Assembly: GCF_000284455.1 (NCBI RefSeq)
Contig: NC_017039.1
Location: forward strand, 480,001 to 512,000
Reading direction: 5' to 3'
Source of the DNA: Synechocystis sp. PCC 6803 substr. PCC-P
GTDB lineage: Bacteria; Cyanobacteriota; Cyanobacteriia; Cyanobacteriales; Microcystaceae
Length of the DNA: 32,000 nucleotides
Below are positions 18,178 through 26,353 of this stretch, in pieces. The position numbers and the translations under genes are program-made. The notes beneath the pieces are model-generated. The model did no database searches and was not told the DNA's origin. It saw only the letters and a program-made list of their open reading frames with translations. Each line of letters opens with the position of its first letter. Positions within the stretch are counted from its first letter, which is position 1.

Positions 18178-21100
18178 ATGGTGCCCCAACAATTAATTTT
18201 AAAAAATTTCCTCAGTTATCAGGATGTGAGCCTGAACTTTCGGGGCCTGCATACGGCCTGTATCTGTGGGTCTAACGGTGCGGGTAAATCGTCTTTGTTG
18301 GAAGCAATCACTTGGGCAATTTGGGGCAAATGTCGGGCTGAAAGTGAGGATGATGTGCTCCATAACGGCACCGACCAAGTGAGAGTGGATTTTGAATTTA
18401 TTAGTAATAACCAAACCTATCGAATTATTCGTAGTCGCCAACGGGGGCGCAGTAGTGTAACGGAATTTCAGATCAAAAGCGGTGATCATTTCCGCACCCT
18501 TTCCGCCAAAGGACTCAGGGCCACCCAAGAAAAAATCACCAACACCTTAAAGTTAGATTACGAAACTTTTGTCAATTCCGCCTATCTTCGCCAGGGAAGA
18601 GCCGATGAATTTATGCTACGTAAACCCAGTGAACGTAAGCAAATTCTGGCAGATTTATTAAAATTGGACCAGTATGAAATGTTGGCAACTAGGGCCAAAG
18701 ATATTTCCAAAGAAGCCAAGGGTAAAATTAATATTCTCGATGAACGTTTACAAATCTTAGAGCAGGATTTAAATCAACGGCCGGATGTGGTAGCTAATCA
18801 AGCCAAACTAGTTGCAGAAATCACAGAAGTGCAAGCCCAACAACAACAGACACAATGGCAGTTACAACAGCTACAAACTAGTCAAAATCAACGTCAACAA
18901 TGGCAAAAGCAAGCCGGATGGCAACAGCGACAGTGTCAGGAATTGACTACTGAGATTGCCAGGTTAGAAAACCAAAATGAAGAAATTAATCAGCAATGTC
19001 AAAAACTAAAATTACTCCTAGAGCAAGAAGCAGTTATTCAAGTTAATTTTCAGCGCTATCAAACCTTACAAAGCCAAGAAACAGAATTAGCTAAAGCTTT
19101 TCAGCAATATCAAAATTTGCAACAGCAACGACAGGATTTGGAGCAACAGTTGCAGCGTCAAGAAAATGAATTAGCGAGACAAACAGAGCAGCAGCTTCTG
19201 CGTTTGGAACATCTGGATAAGCAATTGGCCGAGTTACAACCTATTTTGGCTCAACAACAGGACATTGAAGCGGACTTAGATAAGTTAAAAATTGCCAAAC
19301 AAAAACTAAGCCAGCTTGATAACCTTCAACATCAAGTTGCGCCCCTTTTACAACGACGTTCTGCCCTACAAGGGGATTTAGCTAGGGCCAGGGCCCAGTG
19401 TCAGGCTCAACTAGAACAACGCCAGGCGATCGCCAAACAATTACAGATAGCCATCGCTGCTATTCCTGAGCAAAGAAGGGCTTTTCAGGCTTTGGATGAG
19501 GAAATTTTCCAACTAAAAAATAAACAGGTTTATCTTAAACGAGTGGAAGAAAAAGGCCAGGAAAGGGGTCATTTCAAAGAACGACTCCAGGAAAATCAAC
19601 GATTGTTTGAAAAACAGTTACGGGAATTAGAACAAAAACTGACCTTATTGGGCATTCCTGGGGCAACTTGTCCCCTATGTGAACAGGGTTTAGATGGCCA
19701 CTACCACCAACAAGTGATTGAAAAAACTGAGCATCAATGTCAAGAACTACGCAATCAAATTTGGATTCTGAAGGAACAAATTACCCTTGCAGATCAAGAG
19801 CTAGCTATTCTCCGTAATGAATATAAAGAAATTGCCGATGGCTTAACTAATTTAGAACAATTGTTGCAACATTATGGACAAATGGAAGCAGAATTAGAAA
19901 AAAGTGGAGAAAACCATGAACAATTAGTGGAGTTAAATGAGCAAATTGCTGACTTAGAATTGAGCTTGACCGAAGGAAACTTTGCTGAATCTCTCCAATT
20001 AGAATTAGCGGCTCTAGAGCGAGAATTAACTAACTTAGCCTACGACGAACAAACCCATGCTTTGGCCCGCTCTACGGTGGATCAACTAAGAAAAGGGGAA
20101 ATTCGCCAAGCTAAGTTGAAAGAAGCCCAAAGTAAATATCGACAATTAACAGGCGATCGCCCTGGTTTGGAGCAAAAATTACTGGCATTGCGTTCCCAAT
20201 TGCAAAGTTTGGGCACCAGTTCTCCCCTCCGCCAACAATGGCAACAGGTGAGTACAGCTATATCCGAACTGAATTACAACAACGAAACCCATCAACAATT
20301 ATTGGGAGAATTGCGACGTCAACAACCTTGGCAGTTAAAGCATCAGGAGCTAGAACAAGCCCGGCAACAATTACCAATCCTAATACAACGGGGCCAGGAA
20401 TACCAAGATCTAATTGGCGATCGCCAGCGCGCCCTAGAGGAAAGACAAGGAGAATTGGCCCAGTTAGAAGAACAGATTCGCCAGTATGCAGACCATGGGG
20501 AACAAATTAAATTGTTGGAGCAAGAATTAGCACAAAGAAGGCAACAACTGGATAATTTGCTGGCAAAAAAAGGTGGTTTGGAGCAGTTATTAATTCAGAT
20601 TGATACTTTACAGGGAGAATATGAAGAAACAAAACAGCAATTTGACCAGGCTAAAAAACAATTTCGCATTCATCAAGAATTGGGTAAAGCCTTTGGCAAA
20701 GATGGTATTCAGGTAATGATTATTGAAAACATTCTGCCCCAGTTAGAAGCAGAAACCAATTACATTCTGGCAAGATTAACCGGGAATCAACACCATATCC
20801 AATTTGTCACCCAAAAGGAGGGTAAAAGTAGCACCAAAAACAAACCAAAAATGATTAATACCCTAGATATTCTCATTGCTGATGCCCAGGGTACCCGTCC
20901 CTATGAAACCTATTCTGGTGGAGAAGCTTTTCGGATTAATTTTTCCATTCGTTTAGCCCTAGCTAAATTATTGGCTCAACGGTCTGGCACTGCTTTACAG
21001 TTACTAATTATTGATGAAGGTTTTGGTACCCAGGATGCGGACGGTTGCGATCGCCTGGTGGCTGCCATCACTGCCATTGCTTCAGATTTTGCTTGTATTC

Positions 21101-21198
21101 TCACTGTCACCCACATGCCCCAGTTTAGGGAAGCCTTTCAACAGCGCATTGAAGTGAATAAGACCGAGTTTGGTTCCCAATTGGCCATTGTTAGCTAG
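18178..21198 (+). CDS. Rad50/SbcC-like SMC-family ATPase with a central CxxC zinc hook
   Basis: The track ORF starts at TTG 18172; the ATG is at 18178. Walker A reads CGSNGAGKSSLLEAITWAIWG. Long Q/E/L-rich coiled coils follow. CPLC sits at 19669-19680, almost exactly mid-protein. The signature motif is YSGGEAFRINFSIRLALAKLL, Walker B is LLIIDEGFGTQD, and the H-loop is LTVTHMP. No SbcD/Mre11 phosphoesterase gene is in the window. Confidence 0.85.
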   Translation: MVPQQLILKNFLSYQDVSLNFRGLHTACICGSNGAGKSSLLEAITWAIWGKCRAESEDDVLHNGTDQVRVDFEFISNNQTYRIIRSRQRGRSSVTEFQIKSGDHFRTLSAKGLRATQEKITNTLKLDYETFVNSAYLRQGRADEFMLRKPSERKQILADLLKLDQYEMLATRAKDISKEAKGKINILDERLQILEQDLNQRPDVVANQAKLVAEITEVQAQQQQTQWQLQQLQTSQNQRQQWQKQAGWQQRQCQELTTEIARLENQNEEINQQCQKLKLLLEQEAVIQVNFQRYQTLQSQETELAKAFQQYQNLQQQRQDLEQQLQRQENELARQTEQQLLRLEHLDKQLAELQPILAQQQDIEADLDKLKIAKQKLSQLDNLQHQVAPLLQRRSALQGDLARARAQCQAQLEQRQAIAKQLQIAIAAIPEQRRAFQALDEEIFQLKNKQVYLKRVEEKGQERGHFKERLQENQRLFEKQLRELEQKLTLLGIPGATCPLCEQGLDGHYHQQVIEKTEHQCQELRNQIWILKEQITLADQELAILRNEYKEIADGLTNLEQLLQHYGQMEAELEKSGENHEQLVELNEQIADLELSLTEGNFAESLQLELAALERELTNLAYDEQTHALARSTVDQLRKGEIRQAKLKEAQSKYRQLTGDRPGLEQKLLALRSQLQSLGTSSPLRQQWQQVSTAISELNYNNETHQQLLGELRRQQPWQLKHQELEQARQQLPILIQRGQEYQDLIGDRQRALEERQGELAQLEEQIRQYADHGEQIKLLEQELAQRRQQLDNLLAKKGGLEQLLIQIDTLQGEYEETKQQFDQAKKQFRIHQELGKAFGKDGIQVMIIENILPQLEAETNYILARLTGNQHHIQFVTQKEGKSSTKNKPKMINTLDILIADAQGTRPYETYSGGEAFRINFSIRLALAKLLAQRSGTALQLLIIDEGFGTQDADGCDRLVAAITAIASDFACILTVTHMPQFREAFQQRIEVNKTEFGSQLAIVS

Positions 21199-21279
21199 AT
21201 TAAATCGGTATTTTTTCTGTTTATACTTAATTTTATCAGGAAAATTTTTTAAATTTGGAAACGACAGAAAGTATGAAAA

Positions 21280-22068
21280 CTAACTATGCTTAGTGCCATC
21301 GGGGAGAATAGTTCCCGTCAACTTAGCGGCCGTTAGTTTGACCATAATTCGATTACCTGCGCCAATTTTGGCTCCCTGTAAATTAGCTCCACTCAGATCC
21401 GCCCCACTTAAATCTGCTCCTACCAGATTAGCTTCCTGCAAATTAGCTCCCCGCAGATTAGCTTCCAACAAATTGGCCCGGAAAAGATTAGCCCGAAAAA
21501 GATTGGCATTTTCCAAATTAACTTGGTGTAAAAAACTGTCGCTCAAATCTGCATTACTTAGATTGGCAGACACCATTTTCCGTCCTGACAAATCCTTCTC
21601 TTTTAAATTAGCCCAACGCAAATCTGCCCCGGTTAAGTCCCGATAGTAGGGTCGATTGTGGTTTTCTTGGTGATGGTGCTGGGAACTGGAACTGTGGTTG
21701 TGGTTGGTCTGGTGATGATGGTGATGGGATTGAGGTGGACGATCGCCGGGGGGCGGGTAAGGTGGAGGAGATGTGGCCTTGGGCTTGGATTTGGGTTTAG
21801 CTTTGGGAGCTTTGCTGGTCTGGTCCTTTTTAGGAATCTGGGAAGTTTTAGCGCTTAACTCCAGCTCCAATAATTCCTTGAGGCGATCGCGGGCTTGGTT
21901 AATTTCTTTGAGTTTCCTGGCCGCTTTGGCCAATAGGCGGGGATTGTCCCTGGGCAGGCGATCGGGGTGCCAAACAAAGGCTAAATCTCGATAGGCTTCA
22001 TTGATTTCCTCCAGACTAGCCCCTACCTCTAGCCCCAGGATTTCGTAATAGTGGGAAAACTCTTGCAT
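21280..22068 (-). CDS. J-domain protein fused to a His/Pro-rich linker and a C-terminal pentapeptide-repeat domain
   Basis: The track ORF starts at GTG 22092; the ATG at 22068 gives [39 protein letters not shown], a J domain with the HPD motif. The linker reads [48 protein letters not shown]. Pentapeptide repeats follow: [88 protein letters not shown]. Confidence 0.85.
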   Translation of the reverse strand: MQEFSHYYEILGLEVGASLEEINEAYRDLAFVWHPDRLPRDNPRLLAKAARKLKEINQARDRLKELLELELSAKTSQIPKKDQTSKAPKAKPKSKPKATSPPPYPPPGDRPPQSHHHHHQTNHNHSSSSQHHHQENHNRPYYRDLTGADLRWANLKEKDLSGRKMVSANLSNADLSDSFLHQVNLENANLFRANLFRANLLEANLRGANLQEANLVGADLSGADLSGANLQGAKIGAGNRIMVKLTAAKLTGTILPDGTKHS

Positions 22069-22143
22069 AATCACCGCTGTGCAATGGCCCACCTAAAAGC
22101 GTAATATAGAAAGGTTGTCAATTTTTAAGATCCCAGAGAAGTC

Positions 22144-22317
22144 ATGGCAGTTCCCAAGAAGAAAACCTCCAAAGCAAAACGTGATCAACGCCGGGCCCAC
22201 TGGCGCAGACAAGCTTCCTCCCAAGCGCAAAAGGCTTTGTCCCTCGGCAAATCCATTTTATCTGGCCGTTCTACTTTCCTCTATCCCCCCGCAGAAGAAG
22301 AAGGGGAAGAAGAGTAA
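22144..22317 (+). CDS. rpmF: 50S ribosomal protein L32
   Basis: Not in the ORF track (57 aa). The ATG at 22144 gives [57 protein letters not shown], ending at TAA 22315-22317. The N-terminus [20 protein letters not shown] is the canonical bL32 motif. The track ORF 22115..22345 is in a different frame. Confidence 0.85.
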   Translation: MAVPKKKTSKAKRDQRRAHWRRQASSQAQKALSLGKSILSGRSTFLYPPAEEEGEEE

Positions 22318-22415
22318 AGATAAATTGTCAGTTAGCCGAATTTAGCATCAAGGTGAGGGGCGATCGCCAAGGACAAAACGGTTTTGGGAAAAATAATTGA
22401 ATTGATTGAACTTCA

Positions 22416-23849
22416 ATGCTTAACCAGTTCCCGAAGCTTCGCCTAACTCCCTTCACAACGGGCATTGTTGCTATTTTTCTGTTTTCCCTGGTTATACGAT
22501 TTTGGAACCTGGGACAATTTAACCAATTAGTTTTCGATGAAGTTTACTACGCCAAATTTGCCAGTGACTATTGGTTAGGCAACGATTTTTTTCCCTCCCA
22601 TCCGCCCCTGAGCCATTACCTAATTGCATTGGCCATGGGGTTGGGGCAGGTTTTTCCCGTTAATCCAGAACAAGTCAACGATCTGACGGGGGCTGTACGT
22701 TCCACCTGGAGTTACCGCTGGCTCAATGCCCTCACCGGGGCCACCATTCCCCTGCTCCTAGGGGCGATCGCCTACCTTTTAACCCAACGGCGACTGGTAA
22801 CCCTGCTGACCATGGGCCTAGTGGCCTTGGATGGTCTGTTTTTGGTGGAATCCCGCTATGCATTGAATAACATTTATCTAGTTTTTTTTGGGCTCCTGGG
22901 ACAAGCCTTGGTTTTGTGGCATCTACGCCAAGAGAAACTTTGGCAATTAATTCTAGGGGGCATTAGTTTAGCCTGCGCCGGAAGCGTCAAATGGAACGGT
23001 TTTGCTTTTTTATTGGGTGTTTATCTCCTCTGGGCGATCGCCTGGGTTAAACCTTTCTTCAACCAGGGTTGGACAAAGGGGGAAAGACAAGCAAATTCAC
23101 TGCAACTATTGGATAGGGATGGAGAGAATAATCAAGGTTTTCTCTCCCGCTGGTTGATTATTTCCCCGCTGAAATTTGCGATCTGGTTGGTGCTAGTACC
23201 CGTTATTACCTACAGCGTCATTTGGATTCCCCATTTGTTAATGAATGGAGAATATGCCTCCCTAGAAGGTTTTTGGCGCATTCAACGGGAAACTTGGCAG
23301 TACCATCGTCGGGTGGGAAATAGCCCTGACATTCACCCCTATTGTTCCCCTTGGTATAGCTGGCTGTTGATGGCAAGACCGATCGCCTATTTTTACCAAA
23401 AATCCGGCCAGTTTGGCTTAATTAATGATGTCCACGCCATGGCTAACCCAATTTTGCTCTGGTTTTCCACCGGGGCCATGGCATTACTAACAGGCACTGT
23501 TATTTGGCAAAAAATACGTCAATTTTCCTCCCAGACCATCAATGCACCTTTGCGGGGGATAACCCTTTATATTGAGGTCAATTACGCCGTCAATCTACTG
23601 CCTTGGTTGGGCATTAGTCGTTGCACTTTTTTTTACCACTACCTACCCGCCTACGCCTTTAGTATTTTAGCCCTCGCTTTAATCCTAGAAACTTTACTGG
23701 ACAGTCCCCGGCACAGTCATAACGTCATTGCTTGGGCAGTTTTAACCCTAGTGGCGATAGCCTTTTGGTATTGGTTGCCTGTTTTCTTGGGATTACCATT
23801 GACTCCTAGGGGCTTTGCCCTGCGGATGCTATTTCCCAGTTGGATTTGA
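22416..23849 (+). CDS. Polytopic GT39/PMT-family (dolichyl/polyprenyl-phosphate-mannose protein mannosyltransferase-like) glycosyltransferase
   Basis: 477-aa ORF with many TM segments. The first loop carries the family DE motif in the context RFWNLGQFNQLVFDEVYYAKFASDYWLGNDFFPSHPPLSHYLIA. The assignment is by motif and topology only. Confidence 0.7.
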   Translation: MLNQFPKLRLTPFTTGIVAIFLFSLVIRFWNLGQFNQLVFDEVYYAKFASDYWLGNDFFPSHPPLSHYLIALAMGLGQVFPVNPEQVNDLTGAVRSTWSYRWLNALTGATIPLLLGAIAYLLTQRRLVTLLTMGLVALDGLFLVESRYALNNIYLVFFGLLGQALVLWHLRQEKLWQLILGGISLACAGSVKWNGFAFLLGVYLLWAIAWVKPFFNQGWTKGERQANSLQLLDRDGENNQGFLSRWLIISPLKFAIWLVLVPVITYSVIWIPHLLMNGEYASLEGFWRIQRETWQYHRRVGNSPDIHPYCSPWYSWLLMARPIAYFYQKSGQFGLINDVHAMANPILLWFSTGAMALLTGTVIWQKIRQFSSQTINAPLRGITLYIEVNYAVNLLPWLGISRCTFFYHYLPAYAFSILALALILETLLDSPRHSHNVIAWAVLTLVAIAFWYWLPVFLGLPLTPRGFALRMLFPSWI

Positions 23850-24044
23850 AGCAAAGACAATCCTTCCAAATAAAATCGGCACGGTCTCAGATTCAGGCCG
23901 AAATGGATTGACTGGGACAGTTGGCTTCACCCCGATGGCTTCTTGGAAGTACGGACTGGGGGGTATATTGAAAAGTTGGGGTTGATGGCTCCCCAGACTA
24001 ATTTTTCAGCAACTACCATTTTGAGCACTCCCAGGGAAAATTCT

Positions 24045-24821
24045 ATGTTAGATCTCAGCGGCAAGCACGCCTTTGTTACCGGCATCGCCAATAATCGCTC
24101 CATTGCCTGGGGCATTGCCCAACAACTACACCAGGCCGGGGCTGAAATTGGCGTTAGTTATCTTCCAGATGAGAAAGGCAGATTTGAAAAGAAAGTGCGG
24201 GAGTTGACCGAGCCTTTGCATCCTACCCTCGTCTTGCCGGGGGACGTACAGGACGATGCCCAGGTGGATGCCCTGTTCCATAGCGTTAAGGAAAAATGGG
24301 GCAAACTCGATATTTTGATCCATTGCTTAGCCTTTGCCGACAAGTCCGGTTTGACGGGGAATTATACCGATATTCCCAAGGAAGCCTTTAGTCAAGCAAT
24401 GGAAATTAGCACCTATTCCCTGGGGCGTTTGGCTCGGGGGGCAAAACCCTTGATGACCAATGGCGGTAGCATCATTACCCTGACTTACTTTGGCGGCGTG
24501 AAGGTTATTCCCAACTACAACCTGATGGGGGTGGCGAAGGCCGGTCTGGAAATGACTGTGCGTTATCTGGCCGCAGAATTGGGGCCCCAAAATATTCGTG
24601 TTAATGGTATTTCCGCTGGCCCCATCCGGACCCTGGCTTCTTCGGCGGTGGGGGGCATTTTGGATATGATTCACCATGTGGAAGAGGTGGCACCACTAAA
24701 GCGTACCGTCACCCAAACGGAAGTGGGGAATACAGCGGCTTTCCTGGCCAGTGACCTTTCCAGTGGCATTACCGGACAAATTATCTACGTCGATTCTGGC
24801 TATGAAATTATGGGTATGTAA
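24045..24821 (+). CDS. fabI: Enoyl-[acyl-carrier-protein] reductase (NADH), FabI
   Basis: The track ORF starts at 23943. Homology begins at the ATG at 24045: MLDLSGKHAFVTGIANNRSIAWGIAQQLHQAGAEIGVSY (258 aa). The catalytic Tyr...Lys context is YNLMGVAKAGLE, and later blocks are RVNGISAGPIRTLA and GQIIYVDSGYEIMG. Confidence 0.9.
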   Translation: MLDLSGKHAFVTGIANNRSIAWGIAQQLHQAGAEIGVSYLPDEKGRFEKKVRELTEPLHPTLVLPGDVQDDAQVDALFHSVKEKWGKLDILIHCLAFADKSGLTGNYTDIPKEAFSQAMEISTYSLGRLARGAKPLMTNGGSIITLTYFGGVKVIPNYNLMGVAKAGLEMTVRYLAAELGPQNIRVNGISAGPIRTLASSAVGGILDMIHHVEEVAPLKRTVTQTEVGNTAAFLASDLSSGITGQIIYVDSGYEIMGM

Positions 24822-24856
24822 TGGTGAAGATTAAACGAGAAAAATAGTTCTTTGCC

Positions 24857-25369
24857 ATGGGATCCGAGTATCAAGGCCAATTTGAGCAAAAATTTGAGGA
24901 AGGAAAGGCCGCTTTCGACCGGGGACGTTACCGCCAAAGTATTAGTCTTTTTGAGGAAGCGGTGAAGCTTTCGGCTGGGGCATCCCGTCGGGGCGGCGAA
25001 GCTCAGTTGTGGTTGGCCATGGCCCACCAAGCCAGCGGAGATCTGCCCACTGCCAAACAAATTTGCCGTAAATTGGTGCGCCATCCCCATCCTGAGTGCC
25101 GCAAGCAGGGGCAACAGGTGCTGGAAATTTTGCAAGCCCCCCAATTAACCAGGCCCAAGGAATGGTTGACTCCGATCCCGGATTTAACCGACCAGGAAAA
25201 TACCAAACCCACTACTCCCCGCATGGCCCGTCGCCGTCGTCGTCTGCCGGAGCCTACCCCCATTCAGTTTGAAGATACCCGGAAAATGAATACCAAGGAC
25301 AATGGTTTCATCTTTGCGGCGATCGCCTTTTTGGCAGTGTTGCTGGGGTTTACCTATTGGTTAAGTTAA
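24857..25369 (+). CDS. Small TPR-like protein with a basic linker and a C-terminal transmembrane anchor (function unknown)
   Basis: 170-aa ORF. The TPR-like part reads FEEGKAAFDRGRYRQSISLFEEAVKLS...AQLWLAMAHQASGDLPTAKQICRKLVRHPHPECRKQGQQVLEIL. The basic stretch is RMARRRRRLP. The C-terminal hydrophobic tail is GFIFAAIAFLAVLLGFTYWLS. Confidence 0.6.
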   Translation: MGSEYQGQFEQKFEEGKAAFDRGRYRQSISLFEEAVKLSAGASRRGGEAQLWLAMAHQASGDLPTAKQICRKLVRHPHPECRKQGQQVLEILQAPQLTRPKEWLTPIPDLTDQENTKPTTPRMARRRRRLPEPTPIQFEDTRKMNTKDNGFIFAAIAFLAVLLGFTYWLS

Positions 25370-25457
25370 TAAAGTCGCCGGTGGTGGTTGCCATTTGTTA
25401 CTAGTTTGCTAAAAAGCCAGTAAACTAGGCGAGAAATAATCATCCCCCACGATTGCT

Positions 25458-26261
25458 ATGGAATGGTTCGCCATTGCCCTGTCTACTTTTCTCACTTTCC
25501 TGGCCCCAGTTAACTTCATTAGTGATCAGGTCATAGCCAATCAAATTCGCCAGCGGGTCCATGGGGTGGAAGACCTATCGGTGCGGGTGGACAATGCCCC
25601 CAACTACCAACTAATCCAGGGCAAAATCCAACGGGTACGCCTGGCCAGTCGGGGTTTGGAAATTGTGCCCAGTCTACGGATTCAACAGGTGCAATTGGAA
25701 ACCGATCCCATCGACGTGGATTTGCAAGCTCTGCGGGAAAATCGCAACCTACCGGGATTGAGGCAAGCTCTACGGCAACCATTGCAAGGGGCGGCGGAAC
25801 TGGTGCTCACGGAAGCTGATGTCAATAAGGCTTTGCAAAATGCCACTGTTAAAGAGCGGTTACAAAAACAAATTGACCAACGGGTGCCGGCTGATGTACC
25901 CCGCTTTCAACTGCTCAGCGCCCAGGTGGATTTCCTCCCAGACGATCGCCTAGGCATTAATTTAGAACTGGGGCAACAGTTGGAACCCAATGCTGAACTA
26001 GAAAAATTAGTCATTACCATCGAAACTGGCATCTCGATCCAAAACGGCGATCGCCTAACCCTGGTGGACCCCAGTGCCATTCTTAACGGCCGCCGCATTA
26101 ATACCAATATTCTCAACAGCATCATTGGTAGTTTTAGTGATAATCTCAGCCTGAAAAGATTGGAAAATCGGGGCATCACCGCCAGAATTTTACGGTACGA
26201 CATCACCGCTGATGAGTTCAGTTTCAGCGCCTTTGGCAGTATTGCTCCAGCAAAAGAATAA
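25458..26261 (+). CDS. Hypothetical protein with an N-terminal membrane anchor (possibly DUF2993/LmeA-like; weak call)
   Basis: 267-aa ORF. The N-terminus MEWFAIALSTFLTFLAPVNFI is hydrophobic, followed by ...VEDLSVRVDNAPNYQLIQGKIQRVRLASRGLEI...LQLETDPIDVDL. The family guess is from general resemblance only. Confidence 0.5.
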   Translation: MEWFAIALSTFLTFLAPVNFISDQVIANQIRQRVHGVEDLSVRVDNAPNYQLIQGKIQRVRLASRGLEIVPSLRIQQVQLETDPIDVDLQALRENRNLPGLRQALRQPLQGAAELVLTEADVNKALQNATVKERLQKQIDQRVPADVPRFQLLSAQVDFLPDDRLGINLELGQQLEPNAELEKLVITIETGISIQNGDRLTLVDPSAILNGRRINTNILNSIIGSFSDNLSLKRLENRGITARILRYDITADEFSFSAFGSIAPAKE

Positions 26262-26293
26262 AAAAATGCCCCCAATACAGTGGATTAGGGGCA
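26260..26293 (-). terminator. Rho-independent terminator for the RTX gene (minus strand)
   Basis: The plus strand reads AAAAAAA-TGCCCC-caatacagtggatta-GGGGCA. On the minus strand this is a 6-bp GC stem followed by T7, about 60 nt downstream of the RTX gene stop (26354). It overlaps the stop codon of the convergent 25458..26261 gene. Confidence 0.55.
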
Positions 26294-26353
26294 AAGATGG
26301 TTTACTTTGTGCATTACTGGTCTAATTCATTCCTGATCGAAGACTAATTGGGC

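Noticed and set aside
18199-20510. ORFs 18199..18528 (-) and 20238..20510 (+) inside the SbcC-like gene
   Set aside because: They are embedded in a gene with complete Rad50/SbcC motifs, and their translations are low-complexity and motif-free.
22115-22345. 76-aa plus-strand ORF ([21 protein letters not shown]...)
   Set aside because: It is out of frame with, and fully overlaps, the canonical bL32 gene (22144-22317), which explains the open frame.
24855-24865. CCATGGGATCC (overlapping NcoI/BamHI sites) at the start codon of the 170-aa ORF, reminiscent of a cloning-vector junction
   Set aside because: The flanking sequence is continuous native-looking cyanobacterial DNA with HIP1 sites, and there are no vector features. 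It is most likely coincidence.
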